From Eledone cirrhosa (taxonomy: Eukaryota), in NCBI GenBank assembly GCA_964016885.1, contig OZ024763.1, positions 15,624,001 to 15,688,000 on the forward strand: a stretch of DNA of 64,000 nt. The letters are read 5' to 3'. Below the pieces are notes generated by a model that was not told the DNA's origin, ran no database searches, and saw nothing but the letters and a program-made list of their open reading frames with translations. The translations under genes were made by a program, and so were the position numbers. Positions 25,731 through 39,130 of this stretch are shown one piece after another; positions within the stretch are counted from its first letter, which is position 1; every line of letters starts with the position of its first letter.

Positions 25731-26710
25731 TCCTCTCCTCTCCAACATGAACTAGTTCCGACGGAGTTGAATGAAGCTCTCCAACAATGGAGTGAGTTGG
25801 GCTTGTCTGTTCCTGAGGAGGACAACTGAAGTCAGAGAGCTTGAGACAACATACATTCGAGGGTCAACTTTGACTCCTTCTTCGACCACTCAGATCCGTT
25901 TTCAAGGTGCCACTTACTGTCTACTAGCGCCAAATACTCAGGCGACCTACCCGTGGCTAACATTGGTGGCCTACTCAGTTTAGACGAACCTCGTGTCTTC
26001 ATTGCCCTCAGAGTGGGAGCCGATGTCAGTACAGGTCTGAGGTATCGGTGTCGCAAACTCCTCAACTTCACATGCCTCCATGGTCTTTCTTGTCACCTGA
26101 AAGCTGGTCGCTTTGCACGTCACACAGAGCTAAACCTTATTCTCAAGAGAACTTTGGCCCAGGCAAACGTCCACTCAATCTTGGAACCAACTGGGTTGTC
26201 CAGAAGTGATGGGAAAAGACATGACGGCCTTACCCTGTGCCTCTGGTCAAGAGGCAGATGCCTTGTCTGGGACGTCACAGTTAGTGACTCTTTTGCTTCT
26301 TCCCACATCCTGGATGCTGCAGTTAGGGAAAGTGCCATAGCTTCCGCAGCCAAACGGAATAAAATCCTAAAATACTGTGATCTGTCGGCCAACTACATTT
26401 TCCAGCCTGTGGCGTTCGAGACGTTTGGGGGTCGGGCTACTGACTGTGAGATTCTTATCTTCACTGGCAGCTCGCCTAACAGAGGTAACTGGTGATGCTC
26501 GTGAGGGCACTTGGTTTTTCCAGAACCTCAGCCTCACCATCACCCGAGGTAACTGGTGATGTTCCTGGGGGCGCTTCTTTGTTTCAGCACCTCAGCCTCG
26601 CCATCACCCGAAGTAACTGGTGATGTTCGTGAGGGCGCTTCGTTGTTCCAGCATCTCAGCCTCGCCATCACCTGAGGTAAGACCGCGAGCATGCTGGCTT
26701 GACTCAAAAA
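25730..26710 (+). mobile_element. CRE-like non-LTR retrotransposon 3' fragment (Zn knuckle plus restriction-like endonuclease), decayed
   Basis: IALRVG..C..LHGLSC..GRFARH.ELN..LEPTGLSRSDGKR(H)DGLTL..W..GRCLVWDVTV.D..K..KY..FQPVAFETFG; ~65-bp 3' tandem triplication. Confidence 0.8.
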
Positions 26711-26875
26711 TGATTAGAGAGGTTTCCCAGTGCTTCTCGTGATACTGTTATCTTTTATTCTGGTAGTGGCTCGGATGTCCACCCCTTTCACCTGTCTTTT
26801 CTTGTATGTGGTCCCAGATGTGTTTATTTTTTCTTTTCCTTTCTTTCTTTTCTGCTATATATATACATATTATAT

Positions 26876-28915
26876 ATTTCTGTTCAACTATTTATTTAAA
26901 ATAAAAAGAAAACAAAATTATAAATGTATTTATTGTAAATATTTTATTTTAAAACAAATCAAAATAAATATTTTTATTTTACGAAAATATACTCCGAGTA
27001 GTTTTAAAACTCTTCTGTTTTCTCTTCCTCGTTTTCTAACAGGTTAGAGTCTTTTTCTGACATTCAGCAAACTTTCAGGTTTCTTTCAAGATTTCCATCA
27101 AAGTTAGTCATTTTTTGTTGTATTTATTGTTTTATTTCGAAGTTTCTTCTTTCGTCTGTTGATTTTTATTCAACAAATTTCTTCCAGTACGATTACTGAC
27201 AGGTGTGTGGAGCCTTAGTTTCTCATCTTCAACGGGGTAAAATGGTTGAGACAGACGACAACCCTATTTAGATTGACGAAGCAAGATTTGCTGGTCAACA
27301 GAAATACAATCTCTCTCTCTGAAGATAATGACGAAGATACACTAAACAGGAACCATGGACATAGAAATGATGGTCATTAGTTGTTTGGTATCAAACAATG
27401 CCATGACAGTTGATACTTGGACGGCTTGACAGAAACACTCTATCACCCAGCATTGTTTAACTCAATCCCATTACTGCACTAGGGCTTGGTGAACACAACC
27501 ATAATGATATGGTCCGAAAGTGGAAGAGCCAAACTCCCACTGTCATCGCCTCCATCTCTCCGTATGGTGAGCAAATGGGGTCCCACGTGTTGGCCTCCCC
27601 ACAGCTCCGGCGGACAGTGGGAATGTTTAAAGGGTTCAGTGATTTATTCAGATGAATGGCTGGCATACGTTAATCTAAAAGCCATGTGTTATCGCCATCT
27701 TATGGTGAATCATCAAAAAACATTATATAAATCCAGTGACACCAGCACCTACTTAGGCTATTCAACGATCATGGTTAGATTCTAAAACAAGAATTTTAAA
27801 AATAAAAATGACAGGCGTTGGTCGTGAGCCTTTCCAGTCACACCTCGATTAGTTTTGTTGGAAATTACTGAGACAAGAAGCAGCAGATGTCTGTGGCGTT
27901 CCTAAATGATACACGAAGTGTATGTCGGTAATTAAAGGATTGAAGTTTAAATTGTGGCTCTATTGGTAGAATTTTATTCAGTGGTATAAATAATATTACA
28001 AATTGTTTATAATTCTTACACAATCAAAATATAAACACATACTCCCGGGTCCAAAATAAGTGGGGAGATTAGAAAATCGATAATTTTTCTAGGTTGTCTC
28101 GTATCGCGGAGGAGGGGAAGATAGTTTAATACTGCAACTAAGTCAACTGTTTTCTTTTCTAGTGGTAAAGGTGTTGGACTTACGATCATAGAGTCTTAGG
28201 TTCGATTCCTGGATACCAGCAATACCTGGGCGTTTAACCCTGCGATGGACTGGTGTCATGTCCAGGGGGGGGGGGGGGGGGAGTCTTGTACTCTCAGACG
28301 CTTCATACACACGGAATCCTGGATAAGCTCTGGCCTATTGAAACTCAGGGCTCGAGACAGATTTTAGATATTTTTATGAACTGTCAAGACCTCTCGTGTC
28401 CTCAGTCGTCGATCTGCCATTCCCCCCAGTAAAATTTGATTGATAGGAGTGTATCCCGCCTCAGGGTCCCGTGATAAAAAAAAATGTGGCTGATACAAAA
28501 TAACATTGGTGGCTGTTCTCCGTAGCAATGCCATCGTCATTTTCTTAACTAAGACACACTACCTAACTTAACGTATAGAGTCTGCCGTACACACCACCAC
28601 CTTTCTCTTACTTTCGATATCTATCCTTTATAAGTGAAATTTGTTGAATAAAAATCAACAGACGACAGAAGAAACCTCGATACAACACAATAAACACAAC
28701 AAAAAATTACTAACTTTGATGGAAATCTTGAAAGTTTGCCGAACGTCAGAAAGAGACACTAACCTGTTAGAGAGAAAACAGAAGAGTTCCAAAACTACTC
28801 TGAGTATATTTTCGTGAAATAAAAATATTTTGATTTGTTTTAAAATAAAATATTTACAATAAATACATTTATAATTTTGTATTGTTTTTATTTTAAATAA
28901 ATAGTTGAACAAAAA
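26876..28915 (+). mobile_element. Merlin (IS1016/ISXO2-like) DNA transposon remnant with ~280-300-bp inverted terminal arms
   Basis: Fragmented transposase IDEARFAGQQKYN (~27272), GSVIYSDEWLAYVNL...HLMVNH (~27633), SWLDSK..G..FQSHLD*FCW (~27770-27862); arms 26876-27181 vs 28641-28915. Confidence 0.65.
28160..28365 (+). mobile_element. tRNA-derived SINE with V/Meta-type central domain
   Basis: ggttcgattcc B box, accctgcgatggactgg...tccagggg, gcttcat..cggaa.c..ggataagctc. Confidence 0.6.
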
Positions 28916-28971
28916 TAAATTGAAAAAATGAAACGAAATTTCATTTCTCACTCTTAGTACGGCTGTTACTT

Positions 28972-29372
28972 AAATATAAGTATGTATACGTACATACATA
29001 TATGTATACAGACGTACAGTGGTATATACATACATGCACACATATATATATGTACGTATGGATTTACCGAGCATTTATTATAATGCTCTTGTAAACAAAC
29101 ATCCCGAATTAAGCCATACAGTGTTTAGCAACCATCGTTGCCCTTTTGTTCAACACTGACAAAGGTATACAGGGCTGACGATAGCTAATAAGCTTGAAAC
29201 TAGTACATCGTTCCTTTGTCAGTGTTGAACAAAAGGGCAACTAAACACTGTACAGCTTAATTCGGTATGTTTGTTTACAAACAAGCCGAGCATTATAATA
29301 AATGCTCGGTAAATCCATACGTAATTATACGTCTGTATACATATATGTATGTACGTATACATACTTATATTT
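28972..29372. repeat. ~190-bp-arm fold-back with a hammerhead core at its centre
   Basis: Arms 28972-29165 and 29213-29372; centre CTGACGA-T-AGCT-AATA-AGCT-T-GAAAC-TA-GTA (29175-29205). Confidence 0.8.
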
Positions 29373-30129
29373 GAACAAAAATATATATGTATATATATAA
29401 TTGAGTGTGTAAGTATGTATACATACATATGTATGTATATATATATATCTTTCTTTTTATTTATATACACACATATATATATATGTGTGAATGTGTATAT
29501 ATATATATATTACATTGAAAATAAGACACACACACTATATATATATATATATATGATGGCTGCACCCTAGTTTATGTATTTTATTTATCGAGTATGGCCA
29601 TTGCCTTACATAACATTATTAATAATTATTAATTAATTCTATCGTGCAATGCCTGTGCTATCTATGTATATATACATATATATGTGTATATATGTATGCA
29701 TATAAATATACGTATATACAAGTGTGTCTGTATATATATGTGTATATTTATATACATGTGTATACATCGATATATATATATATATATATATATGTGTATA
29801 CAAATTGCTGGCCTTGTGCAAAAAAATAGAAACAATTATAGCTGTATATATGTAGATAAAATATTCTGCGCATGCGCAATTGATGCACATTTTTCAGAAA
29901 GAAAATGGCCGCTGAAATTTTAGACGTATTTTCTAAGCTGTAGAAAATAAACGTTATAAAACTTGGAGTTTTACCAGTTTTACGAAGGTAAAGTAAAGCT
30001 TTATATTATGTTGAAGTCTTTTATTGAAATATTGTATATTTATTTCCCTCCATAATGTCACCAATAACTTATTAAACGATAATTTTGTTTAGCTATTGCT
30101 ACCCCCCCCCCCTCACGTTTTTCAATATA

Positions 30130-30713
30130 CAGGGTGACCCCCAAAACACTCTGGGAGCTGATTATAGCCTTGATATAGTATCAACCAATACCACATGAAA
30201 TGTTGTTAGTTTATGCAACTGTAGCCACGAAAGTTGTAAGAATACTCATTTAAGTTTTCATATCATAAGTATTTGAAATCATAGTCTAAAACTAATTAGA
30301 CTCTTGAGACACACGAGGCAACCAAAGTCCTCAAATGGCCACCATGGTCAGTTTCATCTATCAACACATGGTTCAAACTTTTGTTAATAATTTTCAGGTT
30401 CCAATACAGGACTTGATTTTCATGTCTCTCACTTGGGAGTCGTGGGAGATAGATAGACGGACAGACAGACAGATTAGACTTAAAACTCCCATATCTTGAG
30501 ACACGAGGCAACCAAAGTGTTCCAACCATCACCATTGTCAGTTACATCTATCAATACATCGTTCCAACTTTTGTTGGCGCGTTTCAGGTATCAACCAACA
30601 CCACACGAAACCTTGTTAGTTTATGCAACTGTAGCCACGAAAATTGTAAGAATATTCATTTAAGATTTCATATAAGTATTTGAAATCAAGGAATGTTTTG
30701 GTGGGTCACTCCG
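30130..30713. mobile_element. Tc1/mariner-type MITE
   Basis: TA-cagggtgacccccaaaacactc ... gaatgttttggtgggtcactccg-TA: about 22-bp imperfect TIRs with TA flanks. Confidence 0.65.
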
Positions 30714-33700
30714 TATTTCTACCACATTTTAATACAACACCCCCAACATAGTTATAATCGAATGGTTAGTACACTTTAATATATTCTTTTTATTGATTTA
30801 TATTCACCATTCCTTCCGTAGTTAATGTTTGTCACTCTGGTGGGTTTTTATCCCCTATAATTGAACACATATCTCTCTATCTGTCTAGCTTTCTATTTGT
30901 CTGTGTCTTGCTCTTTATTTATCTGCCTGTAAACTTCCCCCTTTGTATTTGTCCCCTTCTTTTGTGCCCCTGTGGCTAATAAAGAAACATATCTATCTAG
31001 GTAATATGTGCCCCTGTGGCTAATAAATTTTGTGCCCAATAAAGAAACATATCTATCTAGGTAATATGTTCGTCACTCAGGTAGTTATTGATCACCTATG
31101 ATTGAACACATATCTCTATGTGTACTTCTCTCTATATACTGATTTATAAAAAGTATGGAATCTTGAACTCATTAAATTATAGAGGATTGATGTAAGTTTT
31201 TAACTCCGTTTTTTAATTATACACACATATATGTGTGTGATGTACACACATATATGTGTGTGATGTACACAATTTAATGAAATAGTTTATCATAGATTTT
31301 TAGTTAGTTTGTTACGTTGGTGTAACTTGGTAAATATTATATTTCTAGTTCACCTTTATGTTTTGTTCAGTTGTGACTTCGTTTTGGAGGACTTTCTCTT
31401 TGTCATAGTCGCAATTATCTCTAAAACTAATTAGACTCTTGAGACATACGAGGCAACCAATGTCCTCCAAAGTCCACCATGGTCAGTTACATCTATCAAT
31501 TCAATTTTTGTTGACGAGTTTCAGGTCTCTGTCGATTGTCTGGCACCAGATCATCTTGGGACGTCCGCTTTCCACAGAGGATGCAAGAATAAAAGCACCC
31601 AGTCCGTGCTGTAAAGTGGAGGGCCCCTAAGTCCAGTAAGACAACCTCTCTAGTGTTGGTGGGTGAATAAAAGCACCCAGTCCATGCTGTAAAGAGGGCC
31701 CCTGAGTCTAGCACGATAATTTTGTTTAGCTATTGCTACCCACCTTTTTCAATATGTCCAGTAAGACAACCTCCCTAGTGCTGGTGGCACGAATAAAAGC
31801 ACACAGTCCATGCTGTAAAGTGTAGGGGTAAAGAGGGCCCCTGAGTCCAGTAAGAACCTCTCTAGTACTGGTGGCACGAATGAAAGGACCCAGTCCATGC
31901 CAAAAACTATGAGCACGACAAATGAGAATGATGATGTGCATATCTTTGTATATATAAGGTGTCTCAAAAAAATGTATATACACTTTGATTACCTGTACAT
32001 GCAGAATTTATTAGAATGCTGTTGAAGTATGTATACATACATATATATACAAATTGCTGGCCTTGTGCCTAAAGTAGAAACAAAGTCGGACCTCATGTTT
32101 TCCACTAGAGTTCCGGCCCTTTATGGGGTAATTGCTGGCCTTGTGCCAAACGTAGAAACAATTATTATAGCTGTATATATGTAGATATTCTGCGCATGCG
32201 CAATTGATGCCAATTTTTCAGGAAAAAAATGGCCGCTGAAATTTTAGACGTATTTTCTAACATGGAGAAAATAAACGTTAAAATAGAAAGAGGTATGTAA
32301 TGTGCCACCAGTACATTACTGGTACTTTATTTATCGACTACATAAGGATGAAAGGCAAAGCTAACCTCGGCGAGATTTGAATTCAGACTGCAAAGGGCTG
32401 TAACTCTGCCGTAAAGCATATTGTCCGACGCTCTACCGATACTGCCAATCCACTGCCCTTAATGTATTTAATAATAAAGCCACCTGTTGTGTGTAAGTCA
32501 CTTAATCTGGATGGAGATCACCTTTGTTGTTCATCCTCTACCAGATCCAACTGGAACTCCTCTCCACCTCCTCTGCTATAGTCTTTAGTACTTTGGTCCT
32601 GTTCCACCCAATTACTCAGAGATATTTCATGAGATTGTAGGCAGATATTTCTACCAACCCTCTCCCTCCAGCCTGTGGGGTGGGGACTGTGACAGGGAAA
32701 CCTACTGTTTAAAGAACTTTCTCTCTCCTCTATGTCTGTCATTCTCGTAATCATAGCTGTTAACAGATCAATATCGATTAATGGCATGAGAACCTTCCCG
32801 CTCCGTAAGGGTAGGCCCTTCGGTTAGGATTTCATACGTTGTGACATTTTCTCAAGTGACAATATTGTGTGTTCAGTGACCAGCCCAGCCCAGGCTTTGC
32901 TGCTCGTCATGTCAAAGTATCGGCCACCTTTTGATATGTTTGTGATTGAGATTTTAGCAGTGGAGACTTCCAGTGTTCTTCTCCCCCACCTGACCAAATC
33001 CCCCTTTGCAAGTGTGAGCCCCGTGAGGTGCAGTGGCTGTTTCAGTATGTCTCCCTTGCCATCCTCCCTAGCTCCAGAACCACAAGACGGATTGACCCTT
33101 AAGTTTCATCTATGGTGGGGGGCATGTAGAATATATTTATTTAAGCACTGTTGTTATTTTAATTTAAAAAAAACCTATGTGTTTGTTTTTTATTCACAAA
33201 ATTAATGTTGAAAATAAACAATAAAATGCAGGGATTTAATAATAAAATTCAACATGTTTCTTTTTTATTCACAGGAAATATATTTAGTGTATTTTGTTTT
33301 AAAACTCTTCCTAGTTTTCCCTGTAGCAGCTCTGTTGTCTTTAGCAAATATTTCGATGGATTTAAATGTTTCTTTCAAGATTGAGATCAAATTGTTCAGC
33401 AGTGCTAAATATTTTCTGAAACTGTAATCACCATTTAATATTGTTAATTAGTTGGCGATTGTCTTGTTGCCTTAAATCCCCAAAGTATGTGGAGGTTCTC
33501 TGGTCTGTCGTTTATGAGAGTACAAGACTCCCCACTGAAGAAAGTATCAAAGGTTCGAATCTAAGTAAGTCAAGAATGTAGTAAGCAGTATCAAGAGTTA
33601 GAATCTAAGAGTCAAGTTTAGAATGTAGAAAGAAGAATCTAAGGTACTTTCTCATAAAATTTCTTCTATGTAAATGAAACTTCAAAGCTCATTTGCATAT

Positions 33701-33789
33701 TAAATGAAACTTCTACCCTTCCACTTTACAGTCCATGCTGTAAAGTGGAGGGGTAGAAGTTTCAGAGAGGGCCTCTGAGTCCAGTAAAC

Positions 33790-34320
33790 ATGTGGTGTAA
33801 TTACTTGGTAGATGGTAGTGAAGGCAAGTAAATGTGGTGTAACTAGTTGGTAGTGAAGGCAAGTAAATATGGTGTAACTACTTGGTAGATGGTAGTGAAG
33901 GCAAGTAAATGTGGTGTAACTAGTTGGTAGTGAAGGCAAGTAAATATGGTGTAACTACTTGGTAGATGGTAGTGAAGGCAAGTAAACATGTGGTGTAACT
34001 AGTTGGTAGTGAAGGTAAGTAAACGCTGGGGCACTGCCTTTTACTGGTTTCAGTGGTTAGATTGTGGCCATGCTGGGGCACTGCCTTTCACTGGTTTCAG
34101 TGGTTAGATTGTGGCCATGCTGGGGCACTGCCTTTCACTGATTTCAGTGGTTAGACTGGGGCACTGCCTTTTACTGGTTTCAGTGATTAGACTGTGGCCA
34201 TGCTGGGGCACTGCCTTTCACTGGTTTCGATGGTTAGACTGGCCATGCTGTGACTTTGCCTTCTTTTACTGGTTTCAGTGGTTAGACTGGCCATGCTGGG
34301 GCACTGCCTTTTACTGGTTT
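33790..34320. repeat. Two adjacent minisatellites (35/42-bp ggtagtgaaggcaagtaaa unit; ~43-bp ggccatgctggggcactgcc unit)
   Basis: Directly visible tandem units. Confidence 0.85.
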
Positions 34321-34429
34321 CATTGCTAATTATGTTGCCTAGATAGCAGAAGCTATCAACCACTTCTATTGGTCCTTTCTGTGACTGGAATAGGCTTACA
34401 TTACTGGTTATCTTCCCCTCGGTTACCCC

Positions 34430-35097
34430 TGTGGATCTTCTACAAACAAAGTCTTACCCTCCTGACAGCTCTTGTATACATTGTATGGAAGTTTTGCCTA
34501 CTTCCTTTCTACACATTGAGCAAGGCCACTTCCCTGAAGGAATTAGGGTCCTATCTTCTCCTCTACTTACTAGTACTTTAGTTTTGGCTAAGTTTACTCT
34601 TTGACCTTTTGATTCTAAATTCTGTTTCTATAGTCGGAACTTATTTGCTAGATCTTTAATGGATTCAGCTCTAAGGACCAGATCATCTACATAGAGAAGT
34701 TCCCATGGGCAGCCAGTCTTAAACTCCTCTGTTATAGCTTGAAGGACTATAATGAATAGTAGTCGGCTAAGAACTGAACCTTGATGAACTCCTACTTGTA
34801 CCTTGAATTTGTCACTAAACTCATTTCCTACTCTCACTTTACTGACAGCTCCTCTGTACAGGACTTGCACTGTCCTCACAAGCCATTTTGCTACACCTAA
34901 TTTCCTTAAGGACCACCAGATAATAGATCAGGGTACTTTGTCAAATGCTTCTTCTAGGTCAACAAAAGCTAGGTATAGTGGCTTATTTTTGGTTAAGAAC
35001 CTCTCTTGTAGTTTGCCTCACTAGAAAGAGGGCATCTGTAGTACTTTTCCCAGGTATGAAACCTAACTGCATCTCGTCTATTTTGACTCTTTTTCTA
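34430..35097 (-). mobile_element. RTE LINE RT fragment
   Basis: MQLGFIPGKSTTDALF, VGVHQGSVLS, ELLYVDDLVL. Confidence 0.88.
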
Positions 35098-35104
35098 ATT
35101 GATA

Positions 35105-35330
35105 AAGATCCCTTTTGGTCACAAATGACCATGGGATTTGCACCTAGAAAGTTATTTAAGATACAAGCCTGGGCAAGGTTGTTTGTGGAAGACCAGCAGT
35201 TGTCCATGCACACCAGTCTCCCACCGATGTCCAAGAGGAAGGCCAATACAGCTGTGACGTAGGGAAAGGCAATGGCCGATACAGCTTGGTGCCAGTGGAG
35301 TTGCAACTCCTTTCTACAGCTGAGTAACTG
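35105..35330 (-). mobile_element. SINE family C fragment (second copy at 55465-55720)
   Basis: accatgggatttg..caaggttgtttgtgga..gaaaggcaatggccgatacagcttgg is shared by both loci. Confidence 0.6.
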
Positions 35331-36587
35331 GTGCTATGTTCTCAGTGCAACCTTCTCCACTGCTAACTCGATCACTGAGGTAGCAGGCTGAGTAACTGGT
35401 GCTATGTTCTCAGTGCAACCTTCTCCACTGCTAACTAACTGGTGCTATGTTCTCAGTGCAACCTTCTCCACTGCTAACTAGATTACCGAGGTAGCAGGCT
35501 GAGTAAGTGGTGCTATGTTCTCAGTGCAACCTTCTCCACTGCTAACTAGATTACCGAGGTAGCAGGCTGAGTAAGTGGTGCTATGTTCTCAGTGCAACCT
35601 TCTCCACTGCTAACTAGATTACCGAGGTAGCAGGCTGAGTAAGTGGTGCTATGTTCTCAGTGCAACCTTCTCCACTGCTAACTAGATCACTGAGGTAGCA
35701 GGCTGAGTAAGTGGTGCTATGTTCTCAGTGCAACCTTCTCCACTGCTAACTAGATCACTGAGGTAGCAGGCTGAGTAACTGGTGCTATGTTCTCAGTGCA
35801 ACCTTCTCCACTGCTAACTAGATTACCGAGGTAGCAGGCTGAGTAAGTGGTGCTATGTTCTCAGTGCAACCTTCTCCACTGCTAACTAGATCACTGAGGT
35901 AGCAGGCTGAGTAAGTGGTGCTATGTTCTCAGTGCAACCTTCTCCACTGCTAACTAGATCACTGAGGTAGCAGGCTGAGTAACTGGTGCTATGTTCTCAG
36001 TGCAACCTTCTCCACTGCTAACTAGATTACCGAGGTAGCAGGCTGAGTAAGTGGTGCTATGTTCTCAGTGCAACCTTCTCCACTGCTAACTAGATTACCG
36101 AGGTAGCAGGCTGAGTAAGTGGTGCTATGTTCTCAGTGCAACCTTCTCCACTGCTAACTAGATTACCGAGGTAGCAGGCTGAGTAAGTGGTGCTATGTTC
36201 TCAGTGCAACCTTCTCCACTGCTAACTAGATTACCGAGGTAGCAGGCTGAGTAAGTGGTGCTATGTTCTCAGTGCAACCTTCTCCACTGCTAACTAGATT
36301 ACCGAGGTAGCAGGCTGAGTAAGTGGTGCTATGTTCTCAGTGCAACCTTCTCCACTGCTAACTAGATTACCGAGGTAGCAGGCTGAGTAAGTGGTGCTAT
36401 GTTCTCAGTGCAACCTTCTCCACTGCTAACTAGATTACCGAGGTAGCAGGCTGAGTAAGTGGTGCTATGTTCTCAGTGCAACCTTCTCCACTGCTAACTA
36501 GATTACCGAGGTAGCAGGCTGAGTAACTGGTGCTATGTTCTCAGTGCAACCTTCTCCACTGCTAACTAGATCACCGAGGTAGCAGGA
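35320..36587. repeat. 68-bp satellite, about 18-19 copies
   Basis: Unit gctgagtaagtggtgctatgttctcagtgcaaccttctccactgctaactagattaccgaggtagcag. Confidence 0.95.
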
Positions 36588-36640
36588 TTTATCAACTACT
36601 TCTATATACATACTTATAAATGTTTCTTTTGTCATTTCAG

Positions 36641-36736
36641 CCTGTCACTAGGGAATTGTTTGAAGAAACCCTGAAAGACCTCCAAGATGAAGACTTCCTG
36701 ATTGTCACAAATCGTCTCATACAACTTTGTCAATAA
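36641..36736 (+). CDS. MCM4: Isolated terminal exon resembling the MCM4 C-terminus (PVTRELFEETLKDLQDEDFLIVTNRLIQLCQ*)
   Basis: tttcttttgtcatttcag acceptor, 31 codons plus TAA, AATAAA overlapping the stop; resembles the recalled MCM4 end ([29 protein letters not shown]); no other MCM4 exon seen. Confidence 0.6.
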   Translation, partial: PVTRELFEETLKDLQDEDFLIVTNRLIQLCQ

Positions 36737-36859
36737 AACACACACAGCCGGGGGGCACGCACCCTACATTATATACCTACCACCAACACTGGCTGTTGTT
36801 AACATTCCAGTAATTTCTTGGCATCATTCGCAATGATTTACCTACTTTCCCCTATTATA

Positions 36860-39130
36860 AGACAGAGTTAAAAAAAAATTGGGGCAGTAATATTTGTCCC
36901 CTATCATTAAAATACTTAAGGTACAATCTCATTAGGGGTCCAGCTAAAATTACATATATATGGGATGTACACCAGAGGCTTCTGTCATTAAAATACTTAA
37001 AATAGAACCTCTTTAGGGTTCAGCTAAACTTATATAGGTGTTTGGCTATAAACCTGTAGCCCCTATCATTAAAACATTGGAGATATGTCCTCGTTAGGGG
37101 GCCAGTTAAGCCTATATAGGTGTGGGCTGTGCGACAGGTCCCTATCATCAAAACCATTGATACAATCTCATTAGGGGTCTAGCTAAACTTATATAGGTGA
37201 GGGCAGAAGTAATTGGCCCCTATCATTAAAACACAATCTCGTTAGGGGTCCAGCTAAAATTAGATAGGTGAGGGCAGTGGTATTTGGCTGCTGTCATTAA
37301 AACACTTAGATACAATCTTGTTAGGGGTCCAGTTAAACGTAGATAGGTGTGGGATGTACAAACTAAGGCTTTTATTAAAACCCACAAGGCACCAGATAAC
37401 TCATACATTATATATACACACTATATATATGATGCACAATAACAGATTAGAGGGCGAACGAAGCAGTTTTAGGGTGTATATGTACCATAGGGTCTCCAGC
37501 TAAATCCTGGTCCATGCCTGGTTAGAGGGCTAAAGTAATGGATCTTCTACAGCCAGCTAAAGCCTGGTCACTAGAAGCAGTCTTAGGGCATATACTTCAC
37601 ATAACATCCTACGGCCAGCTAAACTCTGGTCAATGCCAGGTTAGAGGGCAAAAAAATCAGTTTTAGGGTATATACTCCCCATATGACCTACGGTCAGCTA
37701 AACCTTGGTCAATGCCACAGACCAATGAGGGTGCGGTCACACACTAAATGTAAATTATTACCTTTATATTGTAGATGTTATTCAACTGAACATTATGCAG
37801 AATAAGTGGGAGCCGTAATATACATTAATCAGTTCCCCATAGTTGGTACAGCCAGCTGTTGGGGTGCTACTCTATTCCCATAGCTGGTACAGCCAGCTGT
37901 TGGGGTGCTACTCTATATGTTTTACTGTCTCTCCATCATGATATTTCAGCAAGCCTTAGAAATATTTGACAGTGCCCATCTCCTCTCCAAGTGTCCCACC
38001 CCTCACCATCTGGGTGTTGTTGACAACTAGTGTACCTGAACACTAATAAAATATCAGTTTAATTAACCGTTTATGTATTATTCACACATTAATTGTCTTC
38101 CACTTACTAATGAATGTTATTAATGTGGCTGGGCTGATGTCTAGATGGAGGTAAGTAATCTATATTTTAATTATTTGTTTAAAAAATATATACGTGAACG
38201 AAATGAATGGAAGTAATCCGTTTGGAACATTTTTTCACAAGAAAATTGTCAGTGTGTTGATGGTTGATGACAAAGAGTTTTGTTTTTAAATTATAAATCA
38301 GAAATGTTTTTACTAGTAACTATATATGTTACAAAGTCAAATTATGTAATTGTTTGTCCGTGAAGCAATCACCAGATCCGAACACAAAGAAACCAAACTC
38401 TCACTGTCTTTGTCTCTTCTGTAGGATCTCATACAGCCAGCTAAACCTTGGTCAATGCCCAGCTTTAGGGTGTATATGTCCCATACAATCTCCTACAGCC
38501 AGCTAAACCCTGGTCACCACAAGCTTAAAGGACAAAAGAAGCAGTTTTACTTCACATAGCATGTCGTACGGCCAAACCCTGGTCAATGGTGAGCTAAACC
38601 TTTGTCAATACCAAATATTTTCCATGGGTCATCCATGCTATGAGGCAAGTCTTGCAATATATATGTGTGTGGGAGTACACTTATAGTTGTCCTTTGAAAT
38701 TTGATGATGACAAACTTGTCCATCAATTGTGGATCGTTTGGTGACAGCAGGCGAAATAAGCCATATACTAATACGCTCTCCCACAGCCAGTTAAACCATG
38801 GTCAATGCTTACCTAGCAGGTGAAATGAACAGTTTACGGGCCTAAACTTCTCATAGGATTCTTTACGGCCAGCTAAACCCTCGACAATGCCAGGTGAGAG
38901 GGTGATTGAATCAGTTTAAAGACGTATACTTCCCATAGTATCTCTTAAACCATGGTCAGTGTTAGCCATCTAAACCATAGTTGGTGTCTGCTTAGAGGTC
39001 GAAAGGAGTAGTTTTAGTGCACATACTTCCCATAGTATCTCCTACGGCCACTGAAACCCAGGCTAGAGGGCTAAAGTAATGAATCTCCTACGGCCAGCTA
39101 AACCCTGGTCTCTACAACCATAAAGAGCAA
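36860..39130. repeat. Old degenerate ~75-80-bp satellites (cctatcattaaa..ttaggggtccagctaa; cggccagctaaaccctggtcaatgcc)
   Basis: Motifs recur at roughly regular spacing with high divergence. Confidence 0.65.

Noticed and set aside
37958-38037. Possible minus-strand terminal exon (TLVVNNTQMVRGG...KYF*), and a similar candidate at ~42970-43081
   Set aside because: Short, no recognisable family and no partner exons
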